From: Chiloscyllium plagiosum
Taxonomy: Eukaryota
Direction: 5' to 3'
NCBI RefSeq assembly: GCF_004010195.1
Contig: NC_057754.1
Location: 9,111,728-9,172,706, forward strand
Length of the DNA stretch: 60,979 bases
A model generated the notes under the pieces. That model was not told the origin of the DNA, ran no database searches, and saw only the letters and a program-made list of their open reading frames with translations. Shown piece after piece: positions 48,160 to 60,979 of this stretch. The position numbers were made by a program, and so were the translations under genes. How positions within the stretch are numbered: position 1 is the first letter of the stretch; every line of letters begins with the position of its first letter.

Positions 48160-51100
48160 TAGAGAACAGTACAGGCTCTTTGGCCCTTGATATTATGCTG
48201 ACCTTTTATCCTACTCTAAGATCAAACTAACCTTCATACCCTTCATTTTACTATCATCCATGTGCCCATCCAAGAGTCGCTTAAATGTCCCTAATGTATC
48301 TGACTCTACCACCACCGGTGCAGTGCATTCCACGCACCCACCATGTTCTGTGTAAAGTATTGACATCTGACATCTCCCCTAAACCTTTCTCCAATCACGT
48401 TAAAATTATGCCCCCTTGTGTTAGCCATTTCTGCCATTCACTCTATCTATGCGTTTCATCATCTTGTACATTTTTATCAAGTTGCCTCTCATCCTTCTTC
48501 ACTACAATGAGAAAAGCCTTAGCTCCCTCAACCTTCCTTCTTAAGACATACCCTCCAGTCCAGGAAGCATCCTGGTAAATCACCTCTAAACCTTCTCTAA
48601 AGCTTCCGCATCCTTCTTTAATGAGGCAACCAGAACTGAACACAATATTTCAAGTCTGGTCTAACCATGGCTTTATAGAGCTGCAGCATAACCTCGCGGC
48701 TCTTAAGCTCAATTCCCTTGCTCATGACTTCCAAGACACCATACGCCTTCTTAACAACCCTATCAACTTGGGTGGCAACTTTGAGGGAACTATGGACATA
48801 AGCCCTACGATCCCTCTGTTCCTCCACACTATTGGCAACCTGTTTGCAACAAAGTGACTCTTTTGAGGTTTTAAACTGAGTAAACTTCGCTTTCCCACAA
48901 CACACCTCAAATCAGACATTTTAACTCGATATATTATAATTGGAAGAGGTTTGGATATGTAAATCTTTAAACCTGGAGAACAAGTTTCCAAGCTGTTTCA
49001 AAATGTTACCCTCTATTTCATAAAATAAACTGCCTAATGCTTGATTTGGCTACAGTAGGACTATTGTAGGTTTGGGTATCTGACACCAGGGAGGATGTAA
49101 AGGCTATGGAGAGTGTACAGGAGAGATTCACTACCAAAGCTATTGGTAAACCTATAAAATGGAAGCAGAAGTAGGCTGTTCTGCCCACCTAGTCTCATTC
49201 AACTGCTGACTGCCCATAGTTAAAAATCACACAACACCAGGTTATAGTCCATCAGGTTTATTTGGAAGCACTAGCTTTCAGAGCACTGTGCCTTCATCAG
49301 GTGCTCCACAACCAGCTAATGAAGGAGCAGTGCTCCGAAAGTTAGTGCTTCCAAATAAACCTGTTGGAGTATAACCTGGTGTTGTGTGAGTTTTAACTTT
49401 GTACATCCTAGTCCAACACCAGCGTCTCCAAATCATGACTGCTTGTGAAATTCTCTCTTCTCTTCAATTCTTCTTTGAAACGTACAGGTTGTTCTCCTAT
49501 AATGCATATTCATTAAACACAATTTGGTTGTAACGTGATTTGTGAATAGCAGACTAAAATAAAGCGAACGTCCATTCGCTGTTACGCAGTTCAATGTCCA
49601 GCACCAGATGAACAACAAAACCCAGCTTCAGGATCCTCTGTCTGCAAAATGCAAATTCAGTGTGTTCAGCTAAAACAGGAATGCAATCAGGGCACAAGCT
49701 TTGAAACTTAGCTTGAAATTGGGAATTGTAGTCTACATTTAGAAGGAACTTTATTTCAAATCGGGTGGAGAATATTCAGGAGATCTGGACTTCCACGTCA
49801 GCATCATGTGGTCAGTCAGTTGTACACTTTCTGGTGACGAGCTTTGTGAAAGTTACAGTGCTGTAGTCAGTGATTTTAGTGTTAAATTTACTGTATTATT
49901 TCATTAAAATGTATGATTTAAAGATTAACTTAGACTGTGCTATCATTTGGGTTAGGTTAGGAGGATTTGAGTTACGGGGAGAAGCTTAACAGGCTGGGGC
50001 TGTTTTCCCTGGAATGTCGGAGGCTGAAGAGTGACCTTATAGAGGTTTACAAAATTATGAGGGGCATGGATAGGGTAAATAGGCAAAGTCTTTTTCCTGA
50101 GGTTGGAGAGTCCAGAACTAGAGGGGCATAGGTTTAGGGTGAGAGGGGAAAGATATAAAAGAAACATAAGGGGCAACGTTTTTACAGAGAGTGGTACATG
50201 TATGGAATGAGCTGCCAGAGGAAGTGGTGGAGGCTGGTACAATTGCAACATTTAAGAGACATTTGGATGGGCATATGAAGTGCTGGCAGGTGGGACTGGA
50301 TTGGGTTGGGATATCTGGTCGGCATGGACGGGTTGGACCGAAAGATCCATTTCCATGCTGTACCTCTCTATGAACTACTATTTTTGTTTCGATTTTTACT
50401 GATATTTTTGGTGGCTTGCCCCAACCCTGTTTTTCCCATAGGCCCAATTATTTACATTGTGCAAGTTTCTATAACACGGTGTCACACGGGAACGCAATTA
50501 CTGCGTTATCGGAGAACTACCTGTACTGTTCAATCTGCTCCCACCAAACTGTCAGACAGTACATTCCAGACTGGAATAACTCACTGAGGGGGAATGAAAT
50601 GTTTTCCCACAGTGACCCATTGCAGCAGTGAAACTGCTGTTTGAGTTTTTATTAATCATTCATGGGATCTGGAGTTCTCTGGCTAGGCCCGCAATTGTTG
50701 CCCATGCCTAATTGCCAGGAGGGCAGTGAAGTGTCAAACACATTACTGCAGGCCTGTGGTCACATGGAGGCCAGATCAGATAAGGATGCCAGAATTCCTT
50801 TTAAAAGGATATTTGTCAACCAAATTGTTTTAAAATGATAATTAGCAATGTTTATATGGTCACCATTAGACTCCTAGAATCATAGAGTTGTACAGCATGG
50901 ACACAAGCCTTCAGTCCAACTCATCCATGCTGACAAGATATCCTAAATTAATCTCGTCCCATGTGCCAGCAATTGGGCCATGTCCCTCTAAACCCTTCCT
51001 ATTGATGTACGCATCCAGGTGCCTTTTAAATGTTGTAATTGTACCAGCCTCTCCCACTTAATTCCATACACACCACCCTCTGCATGAAAAAACTGCCCCT

Positions 51101-52775
51101 TCAGTCCCTTTTAAATCTTGCCCCTCTTACCTTAAACCTACACCCTCTATAGTTTTGAATTCTTCCACCCCAGGGAAAGGACCTTATCCAATGATCCTGT
51201 CCATACCCCTCATGAGTTTATAAACCTCTATAACGTCACCCCTCAGCCTCCAGTATTCCAGGGAAAATAGCTCCAGCCTCTCCCAACATCTCAAATCATC
51301 CAACCCGGACAATATCCTTGACCCCTTTTGTTTATTCCATATTTTTAATTGAATCCAACCTCACTATCTGCCACGCTTGGATTCAAACTCACCCTCAGAA
51401 AATTAGCCTGGGACATCGAATGACTAACAATGACATTACACCAAGACACCGTTTTCCAATTTAGTTCCAACTTGTCTTTTCCATGAGCAGAGATAACAGG
51501 AGCTGGATGAAGGGTGAAATACAAGAGCAGCCCTGGATAGTGTTGTAGAACAGAGTTGAGAATATGTGTAGGGTATATGCAGGCAGCGAAAGCATTAAGT
51601 TCTGAGTTTTGTGAAACAAGAAGTTCAGCTGAGCATGACTCAGATCAGATAAGAGCTTACAGTTAACAATGGAGTGCTGGAGGCAAGGGTAATGGGTTAG
51701 CAAGGTGGAAAAGCATTCATTATGTCGAGCCACTTACCAAGATGAGGTAGCATTCAGTATGTAACATCAGTTAACAAGGTGAAAAGTATTCATTACGAGA
51801 AGTCAGTTATTTATTGTGTAACAATAAATATCTTAATCTCTATCATTAACAATCACTGATTGTAATGGTCACCTAATCAATATGTATGTTGCCTTATCTA
51901 GATGCTCCTCCTGTAAAATGACAATATAGTTCATTGAGAAACTGCTGTTCCAGAGAAGACCGTGAACTCATGTCTCTGTGCACGTGGGCGATCGTTCTCC
52001 CTCCCTCCAGGGCCCAGAATAAAGATGAAGGAGTTAAAACTACAGTGTCTCTGAGCATTTTTCTTCGACTGAGGGGGGAAATGGGACAAGAGAGGGACCT
52101 GGGGTGCAGACACATAATTCTTTGAAGTTTGCATCACATATAGACAAGGTAGTTAGAAAGGCGTTTGGCACACTTGTCTTCATTGCTCAGTTCTTTGAGT
52201 ATAGGAGTTGGGACGTCATGTTAAGGTTGCACAAGACATTGGTGATGCCTCTTCTGGAATACTGTTCTGGTCGCCCAGTTATAGGAAGGATATATCAAGC
52301 TAGAGACAATTCAGAAGAGATTTACCAGGATGTTGCTCGGAACAGAAGGTCTGAGTAATAAAGAAAGGGCTGCATAGACTGGGACTTTCTCCACTGAAGC
52401 AAAGGAGTTGAGGGGCAGTCTGATAGAGATTTATAAAATCATGAGAAGTATAGACAGAGTTAATGATAGTTATCTTTTCCCAAGGATGGGGGATTTCAAA
52501 ACGAGAGGGTACATTTTTAAGGTGAGAGGAGAGAGATCTAAAAAATATTTTTTTAAAAAAACACACAGAGTTGTTCGCATGTGGAATGAACTTCCTGAGA
52601 AAGTGCTGGCTGTGGGTACAATTAGGTTTAAAAGACATTTAGAGAGATACATGGATAGGAAAGGTTTGGAGGGATATGGGAAGGTGCAGGCAGGTGGGAC
52701 TAGTTTAGTTTGGGATTATCTTTGGTATAGACTTGTTGTGAGATATTAAAAGGTTTATTTGCTCTGCTGACCTGC
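48160..52775. mobile_element. Several CR1 3' fragments on both strands (48160-48830 -, 49950-50373 +, 50878-51320 -, 52085-52775 +)
   Basis: ORF2 C-terminal motifs (VRPDLKYCVQFW, WNELPEEVV). Confidence 0.75.
49218..49436 (+). mobile_element. Fold-back PLE pLTR element (family C) with two decayed hammerheads
   Basis: Inverted arms around 49303-49313 with cores ctgatga (minus) and ctaatga (plus). Tail on the right. Confidence 0.78.
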
Positions 52776-53219
52776 AAGAAATTGGATGCCCCAGGAGTAG
52801 GGTGGTTTGCTTCTGTCTTAAGGTGGTATGTCTTTGTCTTACAGGTAGAATGTAAGGAATTTACATTCCCATCCCTTGCCGTTCAGAGCCATTTGCATGG
52901 CCATTTCCTAGTCATTCAGAATAAAAGAATTACATTATCATCCACTATTCACAAATCAATAAGAACATTGCAATTAAAATTCTGACTACTCCCTACAGTT
53001 AAAAAAACGATTCACAACAGATCTGGCCATGAAGGGATGATTTACATTACAGTGTTTCTGGAAATGATGTGATCAATACATTGTGCCTGTGGAAGAATGG
53101 CGGATGAATAAAGTGTGTTTTGCTTTAAATCCAGTACTTAAACAATCAAATTGCATCTGGAATGCAACATCTTGCATTTACATTTAAACTAAGAAAAATA
53201 TAGGGTCTAGACTATCTTC

Positions 53220-55600
53220 TGAATATTTTGAAGGGGTTTGGTCTGGTCCATAACAGTACTGTCAGATATCGGAGTGATGGTTTTGCTACAAAGGCAGCCC
53301 TTTGTCTGACCTTTAAAAGGAATGCACAACTGGTAAGGAAGGAACAACATACACAAGCCATTGCAGCTCTGAACTTAGCGTTACCAACAGCTTTGCGAGT
53401 CCATATGTGGAACCACCTTTTCCTGTGGAATTAGCGGCCACAGGGAGGACATTGTGGCCATACTATCACAAGAGACTACTAGAAGAAACTTAGTCCTGTG
53501 ATAGACATTTCCCAGGTTCTTATGCTGGTGAACCATGGACTGTCAGTGTGTGAAAGGCATCTCCCGACAGACTTTTCTTTTATACTCCAGAGTGCTGTTA
53601 TACACACCTGAACGACCTTCCCACCACCAAAAACACTGAGGCTTTTTTTAAAAAAAGGCTGTTAAAGGCAATGCAAACCATCAAAAGCGATGGGGAAGTA
53701 AGGAAAGAGAGAAGGGACCAAACCAAAATGGAGTGGGATGGGGAAAATAAAGCACTGTATCGCCTGTGGTGCCCACCTCTCTCTAAAGGCATTGAGAGCC
53801 TGGCAATGCTTTGAGTGGTCCAACACTTTGCTTGTATAATAGGGCTTAATCTGCTATTCTGACTAAACACACCCCTGTCTAATTGCTATAGGAAGGTCGT
53901 ATCAAAAATGGAGAAAACAGTCAAAACAGAGAGTATGATGGACCCTGATGTTACAGAGACATAGTGGTGGTGTGTTAAAGTCAGCAGGAACATCAACAAG
54001 GAGACCCAGCCAGTTTTAAAATCTTTGTAGATAGTTCTTCATTGTAGAGGACAGAAGGTGGAAAACAGGGTGCAGCATTTATGTAGAAGACCAGCAAAGG
54101 AGGCCCGTGAGGTGACAGAACGAGCACTAAACTTGAGCATGTAATATGAGCATGCAGGCTGCAGAACTGGCAGCCGTGGTCTATGTAGGAAGCCACTCTA
54201 ATGAATTCCCCACTTCAGCAGACATATATTCAGATAGCATGTATGTGTGTAATAGTTTGACTGATTTCCATCCGTTGTGAGATTTGTGTCGGCCAGGGGG
54301 AAACCATTGCTGTCCACCCAGTTACTGAAATATATTTTACATGAGGTAGAGAATATGGAGCCATTAAGGTGTGGGCACACCACCGTTCCTTCCCCAGCCT
54401 GGAACAGCAGGGCAGATGAGTTAGCTAAACAGGAAGCCATGGAAGTGTGGCAACTGCCGTTATAGACGGAATTGATAAACGCAGTCAGTACTAACCAAGT
54501 TAAAATTGATGATCTTATTATTCAGGCAGAGGACAGCGACGGAGAACTGAAGCAAATAAGGGGTGGAGTGTACCCAGAAATGTACAAAATATGAAAGGAT
54601 AAGATCCAGATTAAAGATGGTTTGGTCCTTGAGAAAGGAAAGCAACATAGTACCATTAGGGAACTGAAATCAAATGATATACCAGTGTCACAATAAACAG
54701 GACCATTAAGGATTGGAGGTGCCAACCAGATGGATTAAATGGATATAAACTGTTGGGGATAGAACTGTATAGTCTATGCCCAGAACAATCCAGAGAGGTA
54801 CACAAATACAGGGCTATTGAGACACACCAGCCTGTAGAGGGTGCTTTGACTAATCTACAATCAGACTGTTAACGGCCCTTACCACCATCAGAGGGGATAC
54901 AAGTACATCTTGGTTATTGTAGATATGTCCACAAAGTGGGTAGAAGCTTTCCAACTCAAAATAACACAGCTAACGTCAGAGCTAATCCAGCATGTATTAT
55001 GTGCTGGGCCTACTGAAAAGTATCGAGTCTGACAAGGGTACACGTTTACTACAGAATGTAATGGTGCTGCTTGTGATAATTCAGAAGTTTGATATCAGCC
55101 CCAGTCTAGTGGGATAGTGGAGTGAATGAATAGAATCCATAAGGAGATGACCAGGAAAATGGTCCAGTAAAAGAACAGAATCTGGGATGTAGCTCTACCA
55201 TTTGCCCGAACACCATTTCGGGTTTCACAGAATTTATCCCCACGTATAACACAGAGTGTCTGATGCGGGAAATGGAAGGTCCTTTGTGTTGGACCTCAAG
55301 AACGTACAGGCCCTTACACATGAAAAAATTGTGCAGATGATCCCAGAAAATATCCAGGGAGCTGCAGCAGTTAAGATCAGGAAAAGGAAAATCCGGAGAA
55401 AGGCCTACTTTGATGGAAAGGTGAAACTGACAGAATACGCGATAGGGCAATGAGAGATGTTAGAACATTTCCAGACCGAGACCTTCCTGTCCCCAAGGTA
55501 CACAAGTGCTTATCAGTGACAGATAAAGCCAGTTCCACAAAATGCTAAGAGATATGGGAAAATTGGGTGGGGCACAGAATAGCTGCCATCAATGTTACGT
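53220..55600 (+). mobile_element. Decayed LTR retroelement/ERV pol (RNase H plus integrase)
   Basis: RNase H: KIFVD (54018), QAAELAAV (54155), DIYSDSMYV (54221), NSRADELAK. Integrase: GPLP (54874), YKYILVIVDMSTKWVEAF, IESDKG (55022), PQSSGIVE (55099). Many stops and frameshifts. Confidence 0.8.
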
Positions 55601-56011
55601 GCCATCAAACCTGGCAGAAGATGAGGAACCTGTTCAAGCTCTGGCCCTGGTTGAACAGGATGAGAAACTTCACCACACACCTTCAGGGGATTAAACCCCA
55701 CCAGGAGGGAGGTTTCTTAGGAAAAGGAGAAAGTGGTCTAGAAACAAAATGCCCCCACAGTGGGAAAGGGGAGACACCAGTCAGTTGAGAAGAAGCTGCT
55801 TAACTAGCCAACTGGCATAAGAATTGGAAAATCTAAATGTGTAACACAGATCAGATGTTTAAACTGTAAATAAGAGATGTCACCTTGAAATTATCTTTGT
55901 TGTAGATTTTGGATAATGGGCAAGGTGATCATTTGGATCTTCTGAATGGAGTACAGTAGTAGAGATATAATGGACAAGAGCAAATTGGTCAATGTCCAAC
56001 TTCAAGCAAGT

Positions 56012-56325
56012 GGGCAGCACGGTGGCACAGTGGTTAGCATTGCTGCCTCACAGCGCCTGAGACCCGGGTTTAATTCCCGCCTCAGGCGACTGACTGTGTG
56101 GAGTTTGCACGATCTCCCCGTGTCTGCGTGGGTTTCCTCCGGGTGCTCCGGTTTCCTCCCACAGTCCAAAGATGTGCAGGTCAGGTGAATTGGCCATGCT
56201 AAATTAGGTAGTGTTAGGTAAGGGGTAAATGTAGGGGTATGGGTGGGTTTCACTTCGGTGGGTCGGTGTGGACTTGTTGGGCCGAAGGGCCTGTTTCCAC
56301 ACTGTAATGTAATCTAATAATCTAA
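56012..56325 (+). mobile_element. HE1-type SINE, full length and young-looking
   Basis: A/B boxes, CpG-rich core, tctaa tail. Confidence 0.88.
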
Positions 56326-58743
56326 TGGAAGTGTAGAGGTCACAGGTTTAAGGTGAGATGGGAAAGATTTAAAAGGGACCTGAGAGGCAACTTTTTCACA
56401 CAGAGCTTGGTGCATATATGAAACAAGCTGTTAGAGGATGTGGTACAGGCGGGTCAATTATAACATTTAAAAGATATTTGGACAGGTACGTCGATAAGAA
56501 ATGTTTAGAGGGATATGGGCCAAACACAGACAAACGGACTAGTTCAGTTTAGGAAATCTGATTGGCACGGACAAGTTGGGCAAAAGGAACTGTTTCCCTG
56601 CTGAGTGACTCTGTAAGTGATAGACAGAGTTAAGCAATCACATGCAAGGTCCCCTCCAAGATACTCACCATCCTGACTTATAAACAGATTTCCGTTCCTT
56701 CATTGTTACTGGGTCAAAGTTCTGCAGTTCACTCCCTAACAGTATTGTGGGTCAGCCTAAAGCATGTGGACTGCAGTGGTTCAGGAAGGCACCTCACTAC
56801 CATCTTCTCAATGGTAACTAGGGACAGCTAATAAATGCTGGCCAGCCAGAGACGTCCACGTCCCATGAGTGAATAAAAAACAGTATTCTATTAGTTAGCT
56901 GATTCTCTGTCCATGCTAATATATTACCTACAACACCATGGATTTTATTAAGTAGCTTAATGTAACTTATCAAATGTCTTCTGAAATACCAATTACATTA
57001 CATCCACTGCTTCCCTGCATATTGCCTCCTCAAATCATTCTAGTAAATTTAATAGGCATGATTTCCTCTTAATGAAGTCATATTACTCTGCTTGATAAAA
57101 TTATCTACTTCTAAATAATCGGCCATTGCATTCTTTATACTGGACTACAAACACATTGCCAACCACAGATGTTAAGCTAACTAGCCTTTAGTTACCTGGC
57201 TTTATTGTTTCCATTTTCAAATAAAGGTATTACGTTGGCAGTTTTCCAATTCTTTAGGACTTCTACAGAATCTAAGCAATTCTGGAATATTACTCACAGT
57301 GGATCCACTATCTCTATAGCTATTTCCTTTAATAACCTCAGATGCATTCCATCAGCTTTAGAGGATTTATCGATCTTTAGCCCAACTAGTTTCCTTTTTT
57401 CTCGAGTTATTGAATTTATTTGCACTTTGAATATTTAGTAATCTTGGGTTGCTAAAAGCGTATTCTACTGCAAAGACTTATGTAAAGTATTTATTCAACT
57501 CCTCTTAGGAAAGATCTTCTGATTCCCCAGACCCTGTCCACAATCTACAACCCACACATCAAGAGAGTGATGAAATTCTCCTGACTTGCCTGGATGAATA
57601 CAGTCCCAATAACGCTTAAGAACTTTGACACCATCCAGGACAAAGGTGCCCACTTAATTGGCACCACATCCACAAACATACGTGTTTTTAGAACTACATC
57701 CATCCAGGCACGTGGAGGAAATGTGCCAGCGCAGGCTTGAAGGGCCAAAGGGCCTAGCCCTTTACTGTATTGCTTTTTGATCTAACTCAGGGAAATAAAC
57801 ATTGATGTTTTGAAAATAATTCACATTACAGAAGAGGAAATGCTGCAGGTCTTAGAAAATATAAAGGGGAATAAATCTCCGGGACCTGATCTCCTGTACC
57901 TTAGGATATTGAGAGAAGTTAGGGAGGAAGTTTTAGGGCCCCTTGCAGAAATATTTATACCATCTATAGCTGCGGGTGAGGTGCCAGATGTCTGTAAAGT
58001 AGCTAATGTTTAAGAATGTAAGGAGAAGCCTGGGAACTGTGGACCTGTAAGCCTTGACTTCAGTATGTTGTCAGAAATGATTCTGAAAAATAGTATTTTG
58101 GATAGGCAAGGAATGATTGGGGATAGCCAGCATGGTTTTGTGCAAGGGAAGTCAAAGTTGTCTCACAAATTGATTGTGTTTTTTGAGGAAGTAACCAAGA
58201 AGATTGACGAGGGCAGAGGGGCAGACAACTGTTTACTTGGACTTTAGTTAAGCCTTTGACAAGGTTCTGCATGGTAGACTAATTAGTAAATTTAGATCAT
58301 GTGGGATTCAGGGTGACCTTTACAATTGGATACAAAATTCACTTTATGATAGAAGACAGACAGTGATGGTGGAGAGTTGTTTTTTGGACTGGAGGCCTGT
58401 GACCAGCAATGTTCCTCAAGGATCGGTGCTGGATCCACTTATGTTTATCATTTATATAAATGATTCAGATGAGAATATAGAAGACGTAGTTAGTAAGTTT
58501 TCAAATGACACCAAAATTGGTGGTATACTGAATAGTGAAGATAGTTATCTAAGATTACAAAGAGATCTTGATCAATTGGGTCAATAGCCTGATATGTCAG
58601 ATGGATTTTAATTTGGATAAATGTGAGGTTTGCATTTTGATAAAATAAATAAGGGCAGAACTAATACAATTAAAAATAGGGCCATGAGTAACATTGTAGA
58701 ATAGTTAGACCCAGGAATTCAGGTACATAATTCTTTGAAGTAT

Positions 58744-58950
58744 TCATGATTTGGAGATGCTGGTGTTGGACTGCGGTGTACAAAGTTAAAAATCACACAA
58801 CACCAAGTTATAGTCCAACAGGTTTAATTGGAAGCACACTAGCTTTTGGAGTGACGCTCCTTCATCACCTGATGAAGGAGCGTCGCTCCGAAAGCTAGTG
58901 TGCTTCCAATTAAACCTGTTGAACTATAACCTGGTGTTGTGTGATTTTTA
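58744..58950 (-). mobile_element. Fold-back PLE pLTR element (family C)
   Basis: Arms centred on ttcatca-cc-tgatgaa. TSD tctttgaagtat at 58732-58743/58951-58962. Confidence 0.85.
58866..58900 (+). ncRNA. Minimal hammerhead ribozyme motif
   Basis: CAC-CUGAUGA-A-GGAGC-GUC-GCUCC-GAAA-GC-UA-GUG, fully paired. Confidence 0.8.
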
Positions 58951-60289
58951 TCTTTGAAGTATGCATCTCACATATTTGGAATAGTTAAGAAAAGCATTTA
59001 GCATGCTTCCCTTCATTACTCAGATCTTTGAGTACAGGACATTATGTTGAGGTAGTACAGAATGTTGATGAGGCCTCTTCTGGACTACCATGTCCAGTTC
59101 TAGTTCCCCTGTTGTAGGAAACATATTAACAAGCTGGAGAGGATTCAAAGAGATGTACCTCAATGTTACTGTAAGTGGAGGGTTGGAGTTAAAGGGAGAG
59201 GCTGGATAGGCTGGGACGTTTTTCACGAGGATGTTGAGGGTGACCTTATAGAGGTTTATAAGATCATGACAGGTAAAGATAAAGTGAATGGCAGATTTCT
59301 TTTCCCTAGGGTGGAGGATTTCAAGACTAGGGGGCATATTTTTAAAGCAAGTGTACAAAGATTTAAAGAAGACATGAGGGTCAATTTTTTTAAACACAGT
59401 CATTTGTACGTCGAATGAACTGTCAGAGGAAGTGATGGATGCAGGTACAGTTATAACATTTAAAAGACATTTGGAAAAGTATATGAATAAGATAGGTTTG
59501 GAGAGATAGGGACCAAGGCAGGTAGGACTAGTTTAGTTTGGGATTATGGGCTGGTTGGACTGATGGATCTGTTTCCATGCTGTATGAATCTATAACATGA
59601 AATAGACTGCCTAACCTGTGATCTGTCCTTTTCGACACATTCTTTGATAAGTTTGATCCAGTTCAGTCTCTAATCAATGGTTATACCCCCCCCCCCCCCC
59701 AATGATTTTGATAGTGCAGGATCAGCAATGACCTTAAGTTAACTTCTCTTAGAGGTGGTTATGGTCTGGCACTTGTAGCGTAAATGTTGCTCGCCAGCTG
59801 TCTGCCCAAACTTGCATATTGTCCAGGTCTTGATGCATATGGACAGGGGCTACTCAGTAAGATTGCCGAACACCATGTAATGATGAGTGAGTATTCCCGT
59901 GTCAGATCTCTACTGCCCAGGCGGAAGAGGGCAGTGGATACGTGGGAACACTTGTAAGTTCCCCTCGACCCACTCAGCACGTTGACTTGGAAACGTACTA
60001 CTGTTCATTCAGCGCTGCTGTGTCAAAATCCTAGAACTAACTCCTTATCGACATCAAAACAAGACGAAGATGCTGGAGATGCGAAACAGAAACAGCTGAT
60101 GAAAGTCAACAAGGTCACGCAACATCTGTGGGAGGACAGAGTGAGGTTTTCGAGTCATCGGAACAACACTGTGGGTCGACAGACAGAGCACGGACTGCAG
60201 TAGTTCACAAAAAGGCAAGCGATTTGGGATGGGCGATAAATGCTGGGCCGAGTCAGCGATTTGCACATCAGGACAACAGGTAAAAAGCT

Positions 60290-60521
60290 GCAGCCAGACT
60301 GCTACTCTTAACCAGGGCTTTCACAGGAAGTAGGCCGCATTTCGAGCAGCAGTACCTCGTTATTCGGGGGCAGTGGCTGACACCGGTTGCTAGAGACGTC
60401 TCTCAAACTCCACGCCGGATCCCGAGGATCGGCGTCACAACGTTCAAACAGGCCGCCTCCGCCTCTTGCCGCTTCACCGCCGCACAGGGATTGACCGACA
60501 ACCAATGACACACTGGGAAGA
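60290..60521 (-). promoter_or_regulatory. CpG-island promoter and probable non-coding first exon
   Basis: Dense CpG, CCAAT at 60502, RFX-like gttgctag, candidate minus-strand donor cgag|gtactg at ~60355. Confidence 0.5.
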
Positions 60522-60979
60522 GGGGGCGGGGCTGGAGGACCGTCAGGGGGCGGGGGTTGGAGGACCGTTAGAGGGCGGGGGTTGGAGGACCGTTAGAGGG
60601 CGGGGCTGGAGGACCGTCAGGGGGCGGGGGTTGGAGGACCGTTAGAGGGCGGGGGTTGGAGGACCGTTAGAGGGCGGGGGTTGGAGGACCGTTAGAGGGC
60701 GGGGGTTGGAGGACCGTTAGAGGGCGGGGGTTGGAGGACCGTTAGAGGGCGGGGGTTGGAGGACCGTTAGAGGGCGGGGGTTGGAGGACCGTTAGAGGGC
60801 GGGGGTTGGAGGACCGTTAGAGGGCGGGGGTTGGAGGACCGTTAGAGGGCGGGGGTTGGAGGACCGTTAGAGGGCGGGGGTTGGAGGACCGTTAGAGGGC
60901 GGGGGTTGGAGGACCGTTAGAGGGCGGGGGTTGGAGGACCGTTAGAGGGCGGGGGTTGGAGGACCGTTAGAGGGCGGGG
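60522..60979. repeat. 25-bp G-rich minisatellite (ggaggaccgttagagggcgggggtt)n, runs off the window
   Basis: Near-perfect 25-bp period with one GGGCGG GC-box per unit. Confidence 0.95.

Larger units (their letters stand above)
56330..59595. mobile_element. CR1 fragments (56330-56615 +, 56900-57510 -, 57785-59595 +) and an L2-like 3' end (56645-56880)
   Basis: KSPGPD, QHGFVQGKS, VPQGSVLDP motifs; taaatgctggccagcc tail. Confidence 0.78.

Noticed and set aside
51460..51900. Possible LTR fragment with a short internal direct repeat and AATAAA
   Set aside because: No TG...CA termini or TSD found.

Overview
Repeat-dense vertebrate DNA, very likely from a shark (HE1-type tRNA SINEs, HER1/CR1 LINEs, shark-style MEKPWKC zinc-finger genes). 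The genic content is a minus-strand cluster of KRAB-less C2H2 zinc-finger genes: three intact CDSs with 18, 11 and 8 fingers, plus one pseudogene remnant. They sit on a ~12.5 kb tandem duplication whose middle gene is a 5'(gene 1)/3'(gene 3) chimera with patches of apparent gene conversion. The rest is mostly mobile DNA: CR1 LINEs, SINEs, three solo LTRs with 5-bp TSDs, a decayed retrovirus-like pol, and at least four families of Penelope-like elements (PLEs). The most striking non-coding signal is a population of tiny fold-back PLE derivatives. They carry minimal hammerhead ribozymes, sometimes one on each strand, are flanked by 10-15 bp target duplications, and their fold-back junctions cluster at the ribozyme CUGANGA core. 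There is an assembly gap at 19560-20134 and a CpG-island promoter with a GC-box VNTR at the right end. All alignments were done by eye; TE boundaries are approximate unless a TSD is quoted.
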